64,000 nt of DNA from Obrimoposthia wandeli. Taxonomy: Eukaryota. The notes under the pieces were generated by a model that ran no database searches, was not told the origin of the DNA, and saw nothing but the letters and a program-made list of their open reading frames with translations. Location: positions 62,001-126,000 of the forward strand of contig CDROCS010002801.1 in NCBI GenBank assembly GCA_977020255.1. Reading direction: 5' to 3'. Positions 13,600 to 27,500 of this stretch are shown piece by piece. Every line of letters begins with the position of its first letter. Positions within the stretch are counted from its first letter, which is position 1. A program made the translations under genes and the position numbers.

Positions 13600-14330
13600 T
13601 GGAAGCCCTTTGAAATTTTGATCACATCATCATTATTTATGCAATTCAACCGTCGATTTGCCAACTGCCTGATTCCATAACGATACCTTGCTGCCGATAT
13701 AGACTTGGAAAGTTTTCACATGCCCTTTTGACATCGTCGTCGTGGAATGCTGCTCCAGCAAGGAAGTGAGCCCATACGGGATACTGATAGATCACATTCG
13801 ATTGAGCATTATCCAATTGCTTGTCTGATCACTTAGAAATAGTTTATAATGTACAACTCCATCAAAATTTCATCACTAAGCTTCTCTTTTCTTGAGTTTT
13901 CTTTTTTTAACGACTGTTTTTGCCACTCTCATCTTTACTTAGCCATTTCTTTTTTATCATCATTCGGATACTTGAACAGAGTTTGGATATATACATTCCC
14001 TTAACTGCTTGTTCATTTGTCAAACCTAAGTAGCTTCTCTATGACATCTTTCGTTTTCCAAGGTCTTTTTACTTGTACTAGAAATTTTCAACCCAACTGA
14101 TATTTTTCTGACACTTGTTTCTTCAACATAACTTTTGATGGACTCATGCAGTGATTTTACCGATTGTAACTATACCTATCTTTATCAGAAAGAGATGTTC
14201 CTCCGGAATGGAATTTTCTGAACAAACTTTGCACTTTTTTACTATTTCGCATATAATTGTGCTCTTAAACTTTTCTTCTAAAATTGTCGCATAAATCCTC
14301 AAAACACAATTTTCATCCTCCTTCTCTAAC
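13600..14330 (-). mobile_element. Mariner transposase remnant, internally deleted
   Basis: Collinear fragments RKFHSGGTSLSDKDR, WLSKDES, FDGVVHYKL and AHFLAGAAFHDDDVKRAC match mariner (KFRSGDFSLED, QWLxxDE, GVVHYELL, HFLxGxxF...VK). The catalytic D..D region is missing. Confidence 0.7.
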
Positions 14331-14835
14331 TAATAAAATCTGAATATTAAAAGTGACAATGGTATTCATAATCATGGTGGGAGTTTATTTTGATTAAAAT
14401 TTTCTGAATTTAGCTTTTTTATTATATGATAGTTACAGCGTTCAGTTGCATGTCAAAAATAAATGCCACATGTATTGCTGTAACCTTTGCATATACCTTG
14501 CTGTTATCAACTTTTAAAAATTGTTGTCTAAAAATAATAAATTATTTCTTTTCTTCGGTCAGTTTAAGATAATGATTAACATCCAGACTTTCAATTCCCT
14601 AAATAAATTCATAACATCACCATCCTAATCGTATAAGTTATACTGTATCCCAAATTGGATCTAGGAGAGAATCCTCTTGTACACCAAATTTTTAATCACT
14701 GTTCAAGGAAACTAATTCCCAAACGAGCGTCTTTGGATAAAATGTAATTTTAACCGTTAAAACACCCTGCGTGTAGTATGCAAACTGATTTTCGGGTGGG
14801 TCCATAACCTTGATTTTATCACATTTCTCAATAAC

Positions 14836-15258
14836 TTTTGATAGGTCTCCATTTTGATAGGTCTCCATTTTGATAGGTCCCCATTTTGATAAGTCTCCAT
14901 TTTGATAGGTCTCTATTTTGATAGGTCTCCATTTTGATAGGTCTCCATTTTGATAGGTCCCCATTTTGATAGGTCTCCATTTTGATAGGTCCCCATTTTG
15001 ATAGGTCTCCATTTTGATAGGTCTCTATTTTGATAGGTCTCCATTTTGATAGGTCCCCATTTTGATAGGTCTCCATTTTGATAGGTCTCCATTTTGATAG
15101 GTCCCCATTTTGATAGGTCTCCATTTTGATAGGTCTCTATTTTGATAGGTCTCCATTTTGATAGGTCCCCATTTTGATAGGTCTCTATTTTGATAGGTCT
15201 CCATTTTGATAGGTCTCCATTTTGATAGGTCCCTATTTTGATAGGTCTCCATTTTGAT
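14836..15258. repeat. 16-bp minisatellite (ttttgataggtctcca), ~26 copies
   Basis: Directly visible array with variants gtctcc/gtcccc/gtctct/gtccct. It explains the METYQNGDLSKWRPIK ORFs (3 units = 16 codons). Confidence 0.97.
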
Positions 15259-17838
15259 AAATTGTTAATGTCAGCAGTTTTATTTCTTTTATTTGTTATG
15301 TTTTTAACTGTGGATAAAAATCAATGAATTGCCTTATGTGTTAAAAGTATTAGTGTCAAGTATTATGTGTTAAAGTATTAGTGTCAAGTAGAAAGAAAAT
15401 TTTGTTTCTTGACTCGAATTCGAGCAAGTAGTGAAATATTTCCTTTGCTATATTTCCGTTTTTAATGCTGCTGTGATGGGCTGTATTTTATTTTTAAATG
15501 ATTCATAAAATTATTAGTATTTTCAGATTTATTTTCAATATATACATCAATTTCGGGTTATTATTAATTTATTTATTCAACATTTGAAAACATTTTTGAA
15601 TAATATTTACAGTTTTTAAAAAAAATGTCCTAATAGAATCACTGATGTTTGGGAAAAAATTCATTCATATTTATCATTTATGTCTGTTAAACACCTGTAA
15701 AAACCGAGAACTTTGAAATGAAACATCAAATTAATTTTGTTTAAATGCTCTTAAATATTCAAAATTACAAATGAATCTGGTTTTGAAATAATTATTTTCT
15801 ACAATTTATGTAAATTTTATTAATATAAAAGTTTATAAATAATAATGATTTTTAATAGTGTTTTATGTTCAAATACATTTTAGCAAATACCAGGAATAAA
15901 TTAGTCGTCAATTTAATATTTTTAATATATAAAATTGCAATAATAAAGAGTGAAGATTCTGCTTTTGATTATTTCCGTGTTAAAAGAAATAATAATTAAG
16001 CTACGAAATAAATAATTTAAATAGCATCTCCATAAAATAAATGAGATTGGATTTGAAAATTATTGTTGAATTAACAGAAAAGATTTCTGTACGTCTGACC
16101 AAGTTTCAATGGAAACTAATGATTAGTTGAGTTGGAATGGCGCATTTTTCATCTATAATGTTAAATTAAAATGTCCCTTCTTTTTACACTAAGGAATGCT
16201 TTGATAGGTTTTTTGAGAATAATGTTTTAATTGTACCTTCGTCGATTTTAGACCACATACCATGTTACACCTGGAGTAGAATAACAATAACTGGGATCTA
16301 TTTCATAATTTTCTAAACCGACGTTTCCAAATAGATCAGCTTAGATAAGTACATCAATTTTTAAATATTTTAAATATATTTTCAATTTTATTCAGCTATT
16401 TCATAATCATCATTTGATATCGAAGGGTGTCTTAAAGTTGAGTAGAATTTATAATGTGGAGGTTATTGGGTTTCATCCATTATATCTTCATATATATTCA
16501 TAAGTTGGTTTTTAAAGGTTCCAACTTATATTTATTTAATATATGACAATCTTCAAGTATTAAAGTAAAATTAATGTGACTTAATTGAGATTGATAATAT
16601 TGAAGATCGTTTTAATTATTTGCTTTTTCAATGATGCTTTGATGCCCAGGAAATAATATTGTCGTCAGTCTGTAAAAATATCAGAACCTATTTTTAGATT
16701 ATTTCACGATATTTGCTTAACTTAAAAGCTTTCCTGAGATTTCCTCTTCACAAGAGTCTATATTTGGATTGACGATGACAAATTTGTCAAATTTGACATT
16801 CGATTTTTGCGATTAAATATCAAAATCGACAAAACGTAACTTATATTAGTAGGATGATGTCGATTCGCATGTTAAATTGAAATTATCGTTTTAATATTAG
16901 CAAAATTCGCGCCAAGATTATTACTTCAAGTACATTAAAAAAAAAGTTTTTCTTTAATTTGTGTAGTGTATATAAAAACAGTTTGATTTAATTAGGAAAG
17001 TTTTGTTGCTCTCATTAGGAGAGAAAACATTTCAGAAATCTACATTCCGTCTGTGTGTTATTTAAGATGATAAGAAGAACAAATTACCAACTGATATCCA
17101 TACGAGTTTGTCAAATATGTTTCTAAGCACGGTACAAAGCGCTCATCAGAAGTCAAAGGATTACGAACATTTGGAACATCCTATAAGGGGGACTGTTTAG
17201 CACTTATAACAGTCTATCGGGTTGTTACCAGGGGGAATACCGTATAAATATTTACCCATTTAGAAGAGAAACATAAATATCAAATAGTACAAATTGTTTT
17301 CGAATGACTTCATGAAAAATTGGAATAAAATCAAATGATACAGACAACCAGTTTCTCCAATTGACAAAGAGAAATTCAGAGTTTTTTGAGTAGGCAGATA
17401 CGCTAGTACATGTCTGTCCAAGAAGTTTATATCTTGAGCAAAAATAACTAAACCGGTGATCTTGAAGAACTTGACGAAGAATATAAAAATTCAAAAAGCA
17501 ACGCGTGAAAGTTTAGTTAAATTGAAATAAATTGAAATTTTGTAACATTTTCAATTAAATTTAGTAAAACTTGCTTTGAATTAATATATTACTTTTAGTC
17601 AGGTTAGTATAAGTTGGTTACAATCAAATAAGCCTCGGTTAATCTATATACATTTTGTAGGCCATCACAGCTACATTAATGTATATATTAACTAAATAAG
17701 TTTAAATGGCTCTTCCTAAAATGCACGCGACATGAACTATAGATCAATCAGTTGAGAAGGTTACCTTGCCAGAAATATTATTCGGTGCGAATGTGTTCAT
17801 TGGTGGATCACATTGTCAGCACTGTTGTCTTGGCGCAG

Positions 17839-18117
17839 ATTGTGATCCTGAAGCACATCCAACTGATCCAGTTGGGCCTGTACACCATCATCTTCATCAA
17901 CATCACGACCTGGCAAATGGCCTCCCTCGCGAAGATCTTTTCCTCTGTCAACATCACCAAGTCCGCAGACAAGAGCTGCAATCGGAAGGGGTTCTCAACG
18001 ACTGTGCACATGTACTTCTTACCTGCGGTGTCAGAGTACTGCGTGATCGGAGCGGCGGTCATCTACGAGGTCATGAACCGATTGGGCAAGACATCCCTCA
18101 TTGAGACAGACTCTGAG
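17839..18117 (+). CDS. OTOP: Otopetrin exon: IVILKHIQLIQLGLYTIIFINITTW...YFLPAVSEYCVIGAAVIYEVMNRLG...
   Basis: Acceptor ttggcgcag and donor gtaatt at 18118; 279 nt, phase 0-0. Matches otopetrin RFGLMHxxATNxxxW and YLYPFxIEYSLIxAAxxYxMW motifs. Confidence 0.92.
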
Positions 18118-18414
18118 GTAATTATTGATTATTTATTGATTGTTAAATGTTTTGATTGGCTGTGGATAAAACCTGTCATCTTCTTTATTCCATATTATTT
18201 TCTGACAACAAAACTGCAAAAGTTTAATTCACAAACTGACGTTCACTTTCACAAAAACTTTTACAAAAACAAAAAACTTCACCATCACAAAATATCTGGC
18301 TATTATATAGTGTAAAGTGCAAATATCTAACGAACACTGGCTTCTAATTGGCCATTCCTCAAATGGGAGCAACAAAGTGAAAGGTACTTGACGTAATTTG
18401 ATCTTCAAACATGT

Positions 18415-19700
18415 TGGTTGCGTTATTTCGTTTTTCTTATTGATTGTTTGAATGTGTTGAGTAGTTTATTTTATTGATTGGTAATTGTATTGACTGGTTG
18501 ATTGGTTAGTTGTGTTAAATAGTTTATTTTAATGATTGTCAATTGTTTTGATTGGTTGAATGTGTTGAGTATTTTAATTTATTGATTGTTAATTGTATTG
18601 ACTGGTTGATTATGTTGTTTAGTTTTTTATTGATTGTTTTTGTATTGACTGGTTGAATAGTTAGTTGTGTCGATTAATTTATTTTATTGATTGTCAATTG
18701 TTTTGATTGGTTGCATGTGTTGAGTAGTTTATTTTATTGATTGTTAATTGTATTGACTGGTTGATTGGTTGATTGATTGATTATGTTGTTTAGTTTTTTA
18801 TTGATTGTTACTGTATTGACTGGTTGATTGGTTAGTTGTGTCGAATATTTTATTTTAATTATGGTCAATTGTTTTGATAGGTTGAATGTTTGAGTAGTTT
18901 ATTTTATTGATTGTTAATTGTTTTGACTGGTTGATTGGTTGATTATGTTGAGTAGTTAATTTTATTGATTGTTATTGTATTGACAGGTTGATTGCTTGAT
19001 TATGTTGTTTAGTTTTTTATTGATTGTTTTTGTATTGACTGGTTGAATAGTTAGTTGTGTCGATTAATTTATTTTATTGATTGTCAATTGTTTTGATTGG
19101 TTGCATGTGTTGAGTAGTTTATTTTAATGATTGTTAATTGTATTGACTGGTTGATTGGTTGATTGATTGATTATGTTGTTTAGTTTTTATTGATTGTTAC
19201 TGTATTGACTGGTTGATTGGTTAGTTGTGTCGAATATTTTATTTTAATTATGGTCAATTGTTTTGATAGGTTGAATGTTTGAGTAGTTTATTTTATTGAT
19301 TGTTAATTGTTTTGACTGGTTGATTGGTTGATTATGTTGAGTAGTTAATTTTATTGATTGTTATTGTATTGACAGGTTGATTGGTTGATTATGATGTTTA
19401 GTTTTTTATTGATTGTTATTGTATTGACTGGTTGATCGTTTAGTTGTGTTGAATAGTTTTTTATGATTGTCAATTGTTTTGATTGGTTGAATGTTTTGAG
19501 TAGTTTATTTTATTGATTGTTAATCGTATTGACTGGTTGATTGGTTGATTGGTTGCTTATGTTGTTTAGTTTTTTATTGATTGTTATTGTATTGACTGGT
19601 TGATTGGTTAGTTGTGTCGAATAGTTTATTTTAATGATTGTCAATTGTTTTGATAGGTTGAATGTTTGAGTAGTTTACTTTATTGACTGTTAATTTTTTT
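18415..19700. repeat. T/G-rich complex tandem repeat (~45-50 bp units, ~390 bp higher-order period) filling most of otopetrin intron 2
   Basis: Recurring ttattgattg...gtattgactggttgattgg units. Diagnostic variants cgattaattt occur at 18671 and 19061, and tcgaatattt at 18841 and 19230. Confidence 0.95.
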
Positions 19701-19730
19701 GACTGATTCATTGGTCGATTGATGTTGCAG

Positions 19731-20267
19731 CAAGAGCACAAGTCCATCTGCCACAAGATCCGCCAGTCCCGGCCTGGAGTCGCTCTTGGTATCATCGTGG
19801 TCATTGTCAGCATTGCTTGTGCTATTCTGGTCATTTTGCTTGACAATGAGTTCAACAGCAAAAGTGCAATCATGCTCCATAACTGTCAGGAGTTCATTTT
19901 CTACGCGCTTAGCCTCGTTGTTGCCATCATGCTGTTCCGGAAGACGCGTAAGCTAAAGTTCAGCTACACTTTTTTGCAAAACAATGTCGACAAGAACCTT
20001 CTGCAGCTGTCCTGCTTCTTCTCTCTCTACTTCTCTGTCCTGATCGCGGTGCTCTCGTTCCAGAACGGAACGGACACTGAGATCATCTTCCGCGGTTTCA
20101 CTGCCTTGCTGGAGCTTGTGCAGGTCATTGTACAGACGTACGTCATCCAGGACTGTTTCTTCCGATGCTGCGACAATCTCCTTTCTCAGGAACAGAAGCC
20201 TGGCCAGAACTATCTCGCTGTGCTGATTGGCTTAAATTTTGGGCTCTGGGTGCTCAAAAGCTTCCAG
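19731..20267 (+). CDS. OTOP: Otopetrin exon: QEHKSICHKIRQSRPGVALGII...KPGQNYLAVLIGLNFGLWVLKSFQ
   Basis: Acceptor gatgttgcag and donor gtcagt at 20268; 537 nt, several hydrophobic helices. Matches otopetrin KGLFxGI, QxxxQTxFI and KPGRExxTFLxxxNxxxW motifs. Confidence 0.93.
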
Positions 20268-21089
20268 GTCAGTCATATTTTGAAGCACAGTTAGAACTGC
20301 CAAGTCTTTCAATTTTTTTCCATTTTTACCCGAAGCTTTTTTAAGCAGTATTTGTCAACAATCTTGGATATAAATAAGTAATATTTGTTCAGTTAATTTT
20401 TTTTTTCTTTAACACACTTTGTAATTTATGTTTATTATATATTTATATATTTAGTTTATTTCTTATAAATAAAAGTAGTAAATAAAACATTATATTTAAA
20501 TACAAAACATACCAGCCGGTCGAGATATATCTGACCGGTTCTAACTCTGACAAAACATTGAAAGAATACAAACTCTTGTGAAATAGTATTGAATAATAGA
20601 TAAATATGAAGTGTTAAATAAAATAAATAAATTTTAGCTTTGTTTCAAGATCGACTTTTGGTCAACTTTCTCACAAACGTTACATGCTAGGTTCTACAAA
20701 ACAACCAGTTTTTCAGCAAGAAGGGATAGTTCCAACAATCAAACGCGTTCCAAACAGTTTAAATGCTATACCAAGACACAGTGTTGAAGAGGAATGTGTG
20801 AATCTGCATTCTGTAAAGGTTTTTTGTGTAAAAGTGCTTTGCTGTTGAACAGGAATTTCCCAAAGCCGATTCAGTCAAGACAGACACGGATCGTTTGAAA
20901 TGAACTGAAAAAAGTCGATATTAAAACAAACTTATCATTGCTCACAAATAATTGTAATAAATTGTATGAAAGGACTTTAAATTTGAGAAATTAATTCATA
21001 TATGATAGATTTTTATTTTGAGGTTTAAATTTAAATATTTAGAATTTTCGTCGGTTTTCTGATAATTTAAATACAGTTTCTTGGAATAC

Positions 21090-21576
21090 TTGATATTTTG
21101 ACTAACATGTACAATCCAGATACTGAATTAATAATTAGGCATACAATTGATGAAGATATCCACACACTTCATAGTGAGTTCCTGCGTTATTTCCCCGAAA
21201 TTGGTGCATCTGAATATCGATTAATCAGAAAACCAATTTACATCCCATTAGAGGAGATACATACAGAGCTACAAGAAGAATTTACAGATTTGGAAAATAA
21301 TTGTGGAGCTCATGATTTGTTCAGCGGCAGTTTGAACAGCTTTTGGGTGTCCATATATCAATCGCAGCCTCAGCTAACAACATCAGCATTTGTAAAACTT
21401 CTTCTATTTTCATCAATATATGTGCGTGGAGCAGTTTTTCTGCACTGTTTACCATCAAATCTACATCTCGAAACCGGATCGATGTGGAGAAAGATCTTTA
21501 CTGCGCAATGTCAGAAACAGCGCCAAATTTCGACTCATTTGTTTCACATAATCGTTTGCAGTACTCAACTAATTAA
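21090..21576 (+). mobile_element. hAT (Charlie/SPIN/Buster-like) transposase C-terminal dimerization-domain remnant
   Basis: EFLRYFPE...IRKP...LQEEFTDLENN...FW...; after a frameshift, FSALFTIKSTSRNRIDVEKDLYCAMSETAPNFD. Confidence 0.85.
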
Positions 21577-24524
21577 ATGTGTATTTAATTGTGGTTTTTT
21601 ATTTTTATAATAATAATTCATTAATAAATCATGATATTGTTTATGTAGTCTTGGTAGTATTTGCCTAATAAATACGTAATATAATGAAAATAGGTGTATA
21701 TCTATTCCAAACTCGGGTCAAAACCAGTAGGAACCCACTGCTGTAGAAAATGAAATAATGTGAGTTAAATATTCGTACTTTTGTTTGCATTAGAATTCAG
21801 GAAAAAATTAAAACTATCAATTCATCCGATGTAAACAAATTTGGCATTTCAGCCCTGTCCGAACAAATGAATCCCACTTTCAGTTTGGCTGAGTATGGAA
21901 TATTTACTAAAATAAGCAAACAAATGCCTGTCGCGACTTCAACATTTTTATCCCCTTTTCACTTTTTCCTTTTGGTGGTTTTATTTTTGTACTTTGTTCC
22001 AGAGTAAAATCAGCCTTTCTGTTCAAATCCTCAACAAAATCGTTCAAAGTCTTCATAAACTTTTAATTGAATTTATACAGTATTTGGAGGATTAAAAGAA
22101 ATTGTATTCGACAATGTAAAACTGACGATTTAACATTATAATCGAATACCAAATAGTAACAGAGCTCTGAATTGCTGTTTGTAGCGGTTTAGTGTAGCTG
22201 TCTTAATAATGGCACTATCAGCAGCATTTTCATGAAATTTCTGAGCATTAAAAGTCAAGCAAATGAAAAATATTTATTTCTTCCACATAATCTTTGTTTA
22301 TAAATAGTTTTCGATCATAATTGTGATAAATCCTATATTTATTTTCAACTGTGAAAGATTTGTTAAAGAAACTGTCGATCTTTAGAAACATAAAGTTATA
22401 TTAGTAAAAGAAATTTCTTGGTTAGTGGGTCTATTTTCTATAAATCCACATATGTTGTGCAAAAGTAATGGCACGGTAATGTTTATGGTAATATTAATTT
22501 AATTACAAACGCGATAGAAATATAGTAAGCCCCCATTTCTTCTGTCCCATGAGTGCGTGTCTGCATACCTAATATAGTAGATAATTAAACAGTTTTCATA
22601 GCTTCATTGTGATAGATACTGATTTTATTGCTAAGTTTTACTATTGAATTATTATTTGTCTAACTTTTACTTGTTTTACTACGGTAGTATTCATTTTGAT
22701 CAGTGAAACAGTGTTAAATTATTAGCATTTTTTAAAAAATTTATACATAATATTATTGATTAAATGTTACGTTGCTAAATGTTTCATAAATCTATCTATT
22801 TTAAAATGTTTAAAATGTAAATAAATCTACTTAATGAAGTTACTTTGAAGTTACGAAGGCTGAAATAATTATCACGAATACTTGTTAGGTTATTAAAAGT
22901 TATTGAAAATTTCAATGTTATAAAGAAGTGAAATTTGTTAAAATTTTAACTTAAACGAACCTGTAAAAAAGTATTAATATATTTTAATAAACAAAGTTGC
23001 TTTCGAACAATAAACTATTATAAAGTATTATCAAAACAAACACAACGAACGAAATATTGTCAATATCGAGTGCACCTCGATAAGCCTTACAGAAAACGTT
23101 GCGATGAATAATTGAAAACCTGGCCGGAATTTTAAAAGTTTTTGAACAGGAAATTTTGTACTTTCTGATTAGCGTTTAACAACAGACAAAATAATTGAGA
23201 TAAAAGTAATATTTTTCAAATATCAATAAAATAAAAATACAAGCAAAAATTTATAAAAGTTATCATTAAATTTATCATGAACTTGAATTAGATTTTCTGT
23301 TTGTAATTGTTTCTTGGTTCTCTATGAGTTTGATCTAGACCTTATGTATGGGAATAAACTATTTTAATCTACTATTTTACTTTTTTACTATCCTTTTTTT
23401 TATTATCCGTTATTATCCGTATCGAACAATTTATTTCAAAATTTAAAATTCTTTTTATTTTAGAAAATATAAAAAATATGTTAAATTTTGTTTTGCCTCA
23501 AAAAAAAATTGACGAGTAAATTTAAAATAATTCATAAATATATTTTTTCACATTTAATTTTTTTCATATTTTTGAATTCATATCTTGCCCGAAGAATTTT
23601 TCAAGAAGCAATTGTCAAAAAAATTGAAGTAAATAAATAATATTTATTTAGGTAACCTTTGGATTCATTTAGTTTAACCGATTTGTTAAAATATTGAAAA
23701 GTTAAACTTAAATGTACATATATTAATAAGTTATTAATATAAGTAGTATATTATGTAAAAGAAATATTTTAAATTTTAGATTTTATAAATCAAAAACTGA
23801 TTGTCTATTTTTCACCTTACATTTTTACCTAAACCCATACGATTAAACACAAATTTAATTATTGATTTTATATCCAAGCTTGGATGACTTTGCATATTCT
23901 CTTCGATGATTCAAATTTCATTTATACATGTATTAACTATAGAAACTCGTTCAAATTCATGTACTATTTTTTACCCCATAAAACTCCTTAAAACGTTTCG
24001 TACAATTTGAACTTTTATATTTTTCTGTTAACGAAATAGCATATTTCTGATCTTTTTAGGTACTAAATCATGAAATGCTGGTATTGGTTTCTAACAGATT
24101 GCTAACATGAGCCAAGTATTTAAGCTTACTGCTTATACAGATTCAAATCTCTTGCTAGGTCATTTAACTGGCCATGACTTATTAGTAAAGTTCTCTAGAC
24201 ATTGGCATTTCGTAATATGTATCCGCAATAATCTCTTTAATGTCTACTTCCGACAATTCAATAAAAATAAAAGTATTCCAATGTTGTATTAGTCATAAAA
24301 TCCTATTAATTTTATTGGACGCAAAGATTACATTATTTTTGTCGTAATCAGGATGTAAAATTATTCATACAAATCTTCTTTTAATTAGCCAAAAATTTTA
24401 ATATTGTGCAGTTTCGTAGACATTTTTAAAGGTATAAATTGTTGATTCAATTGAAAATATGGACGAGTTGTGTCAGTTTGTGTATTCTTTTAAAGTTTAT
24501 AAGACACTTATGTCTACCATGCAG

Positions 24525-24842
24525 CTAAAGAATGGAGACATTTTCTTCCACAAGAAGAAATACGCCTACAAGATCACGAGTGAAAACAATTTGCTTGCCT
24601 TCTTCTTGTATGGCACGTTACCGCTCTCGATTCTGTATCGGTACCACTCGAGTGCCTGCCTCGCAGATGTATTCTCTAAAATCTACGAGGGCGAGGTGAA
24701 TCGGTTCGAGGGTCTTCTTCGAGCCGAGGGCTTCGCCATGTCGAGCTCAGGCAACCATGACACGGAGAACTGCTGCGATCCTGTGCTCACCACTGTCACA
24801 GCTCCCAAGACCGTGGATGTCGGAGACGGTCTCCCACTCAAG
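24525..24842 (+). CDS. OTOP: Otopetrin exon with the C-terminal signature LPLSILYRYHSSACLADVFSKIY and the start of the tail
   Basis: Acceptor ccatgcag and donor gtcagt at 24843; 318 nt. Matches the otopetrin hallmark PLxIFYRFHSxxCLxEIW. Confidence 0.93.
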
Positions 24843-25039
24843 GTCAGTAGTCTAGGCCAATGGGGGTTTGAAGAATCTTGAAAACAAAATGTATGGCAAT
24901 CTTCGTTGGATGGCCTTGAGAATATAAATTATGGTGATGGTTGTCTAAATCACCTTGTGCAATAGTAATGATAGTCATTTTTATATTTATTTACAAGATA
25001 TATGAAGAGAGTTTTAAAAATGTATGTGAACTACTTTGA

Positions 25040-25300
25040 TCTGTTTAATGATAACTTTAATTGGGAGAAAAGGTCTCTTGATCTGCTCAGATGATGATGG
25101 AATATAATCGAACAATGTAAACAACAGCTTTTCCCTTTCAGTTAGTAGACATGGAGCGTATTCTCAACTTCAGGAAACTTGATTCATTCTCTATTTTGCA
25201 AAATTATCAAATACAATTTCTCAGTCCCATCATTGTATATCGAAAGTCTTTGTGTAAAGATTTTCTGAATTTTGCAGTATATGTTGAAGCTCTTCAGTGC
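25040..25300 (-). mobile_element. hAT transposase C-terminal remnant
   Basis: KFPEVENTL...DLFSQLKL resembles FPxVxxxLxxxL...ERSFSxLKLIK. Degraded. Confidence 0.4.
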
Positions 25301-26633
25301 CATTTCGTTTGTGGAAAATAATCCTTTTATCGATATTAGACATATTTGTCGAACTTTTACTATTTCCGTACTTGCTTACCATTTGAGAGGATTTTAAAAA
25401 TTTCACAGTGCCTATTAATTTGTCAAGAATTTGGATTTTTCACTTCTCAAATATATATTTTGTTGACTGCATATTATGTTATTTTTGTGCTTACAAAAAT
25501 ACTTTTTAGAAAGTTGCTGTGTTTCTGTTCATTTTGGAGCTTTGTTTAGATTGCATTTTTGTTTCAGAAAATACTCTATAAACATAAGAAGGTTTCTATT
25601 GAAAATTGACTGAAATATCACCCATTAGGTTCTGTAAACTCAAAGTATGTAGCATATGTTCATGCGACATACAAGATAAAGATTGTTTAACTATATCGCA
25701 TTTGGTAAATGTAGGCCATGAAAGAAAAGTGAACTGCTGTAATGTTTATTACTGAAATCTCTCTGAACTTTGTATATGTTGTTTTTATTTTAAATTGATG
25801 CAATAAAACAATTTTATTTGTCAATTATCTCAATAAATCTTGCTTAATGAGAACTAATAAATTATCTGTTCTTGAGATCAATTTAAATGGGTTTCAGAAT
25901 TCATAAATAAAAATATGTTTATTTGAAACACAAAATCAAGCGGCTACAAAATAACCTGGTTCTGTTTTATAAAAGAAATGGAGGGGAATAGATTCTATCG
26001 TATATCGTATGTTATTCAACAAATACAAACTGAACGATTTCTATCAAATTTTCATTGTTAAACAGAAAAGATGTCGTTTAAAATCCAACATCCATCGAAT
26101 AGAATAGACAAAACTATAATCCTTAGAAAGTTCAGAGAATATATACAAATATTTTTGATTGTAACAAAAAATAGAACAAATAAAATGAATGACTATTTAA
26201 AAATATTAACACTTAATTACTAATGAAGGCGTTTTAGATAATATTAACCCAAAGTAAAATAATTTTTTATGTAAAATTGACGCCAAGAACCTTAGTTTGA
26301 ATTAAAATGGAAACTTTTTCAGAAATACCCTAAGATCCTGCCTTTGAACAGTTGTTACACACAAACCCTAGTAACCCTAGCTGTCTTACAGCAAACCCAA
26401 ACCCCAAAAGTCATATTAAAATTGTAAGATAAAAAAACGTTGTATTAAATCTACAAAATAAAAATGTTCTCAAACGTTCTGTGATAGTCTGCGAACACAA
26501 ATCATTACATTTTTGAACAAAATCTTTATTAGCCCGCACATAAAATTATATTGACTTTATTGAATAAAAATAGTATAAATTAATTGTTATGTATTATATT
26601 TCATATAATTTCTTTAATCAATTTGTATTAACT

Positions 26634-27500
26634 ATGAACAGAAGAAATTCGTATACAGCCGTAAAGAAACTGAAGATAATTGAATATGCCGAGGTTTATG
26701 GTAACAGAGTGGCTGTCAGATATTATGGTGTTAATGAAAAAGACGTCAGACAGCAGAGAAACCACAAATATTAGATGTAAAAGTCAATAATTTCTTCAAA
26801 GAGAGCACAGAGAGGAACCAAACCAAAGTATCCACAGTCAACCGACCAAAGATATTTGGATAACTAGAAAGAAAAGTTTGAAGAAGTATACCAATGTCGA
26901 TTCAAAACACAGCCAATATGGATTAGGGTTAGGGTCAGACTCATTTGAGTCAGTTTGGGCAAATGACGTTAAATTTCCATGATGACATCAGAAAAAAAAA
27001 TAGGAATAAACTTTTACGCTCAAAAATTACAATGGGAAGAAGTATATATGCGCAATCTCAATTCGTTAAGTAAAAAGCGATGGGTAAATGAAGATGTTTT
27101 TAAGAAATTGATATGTGAAGTTTAGGCAGCCTGTCTCAGTTTCTTAAATCCAAATATGTTTTAATTTTAGATTATGCGCCTGCTTTTTTCACAGAGTCTG
27201 CGAAGGAGAAGGTGCTGGTTGTATCTTCTGTTGCTCTAGTTCCAGATAATATGACTAAATATTGACAGGAGTTTATAATCAAACTGGAAGGAGAAAAGTG
27301 TACGATAAGTTGATATCATTCATAAACGGAAACAATCTATAAAAACAGCCTCGTATGAAAAGTTTTTTGAGTGAATTGTAAATTCTACTAACTCAATAGC
27401 TAGCGATGGTGATGTAGATGATATATTGGTAGTTGAAGGTTCTGATGAGTCATCGAGTGAGTATGTTGAGGTATTATGGGAGTCATTTTTGAAATTTGTG
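26634..27500 (+). mobile_element. pogo (POGK/Brinker-DBD type) transposase remnant with internal deletions
   Basis: N-terminus MNRRNSYTAVKKLKIIEYAEVYGNRVAVRYYGVNEKDVRQ..RAQRGTKPKYP; central LILDYAPAFFTESAKEK..VPDNMTKY; tail NSIASDGDVDDIL. Confidence 0.7.

Noticed and set aside
14692-15252. ORFs with METYQNGDLSKWRPIK repeats, and a possible CRISPR reading of the array
   Set aside because: They are translations of a 16-bp minisatellite. There are no unique spacers and no cas genes, and the context is eukaryotic.
17752-17838. 5' part of ORF 17752-18315 (and the 5' or 3' overhangs of ORFs 1083, 19719, 24459 and 35684) as coding
   Set aside because: These are intron sequence outside the splice sites that give a continuous otopetrin alignment.
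17766-18104. His-rich alternative-frame ORF, and the similar overlapping ORFs at 35884-36207, 57055-57572 and 59137-59811
   Set aside because: They are shadow frames of GC-rich real exons; only the chosen frames carry family motifs and fit splice phase.
20510-20870. Imperfect palindrome ccggtc-gagatatatct-gaccgg plus a Cys-rich stretch resembling a piggyBac end
   Set aside because: No TTAA-bounded terminus and no convincing transposase alignment.
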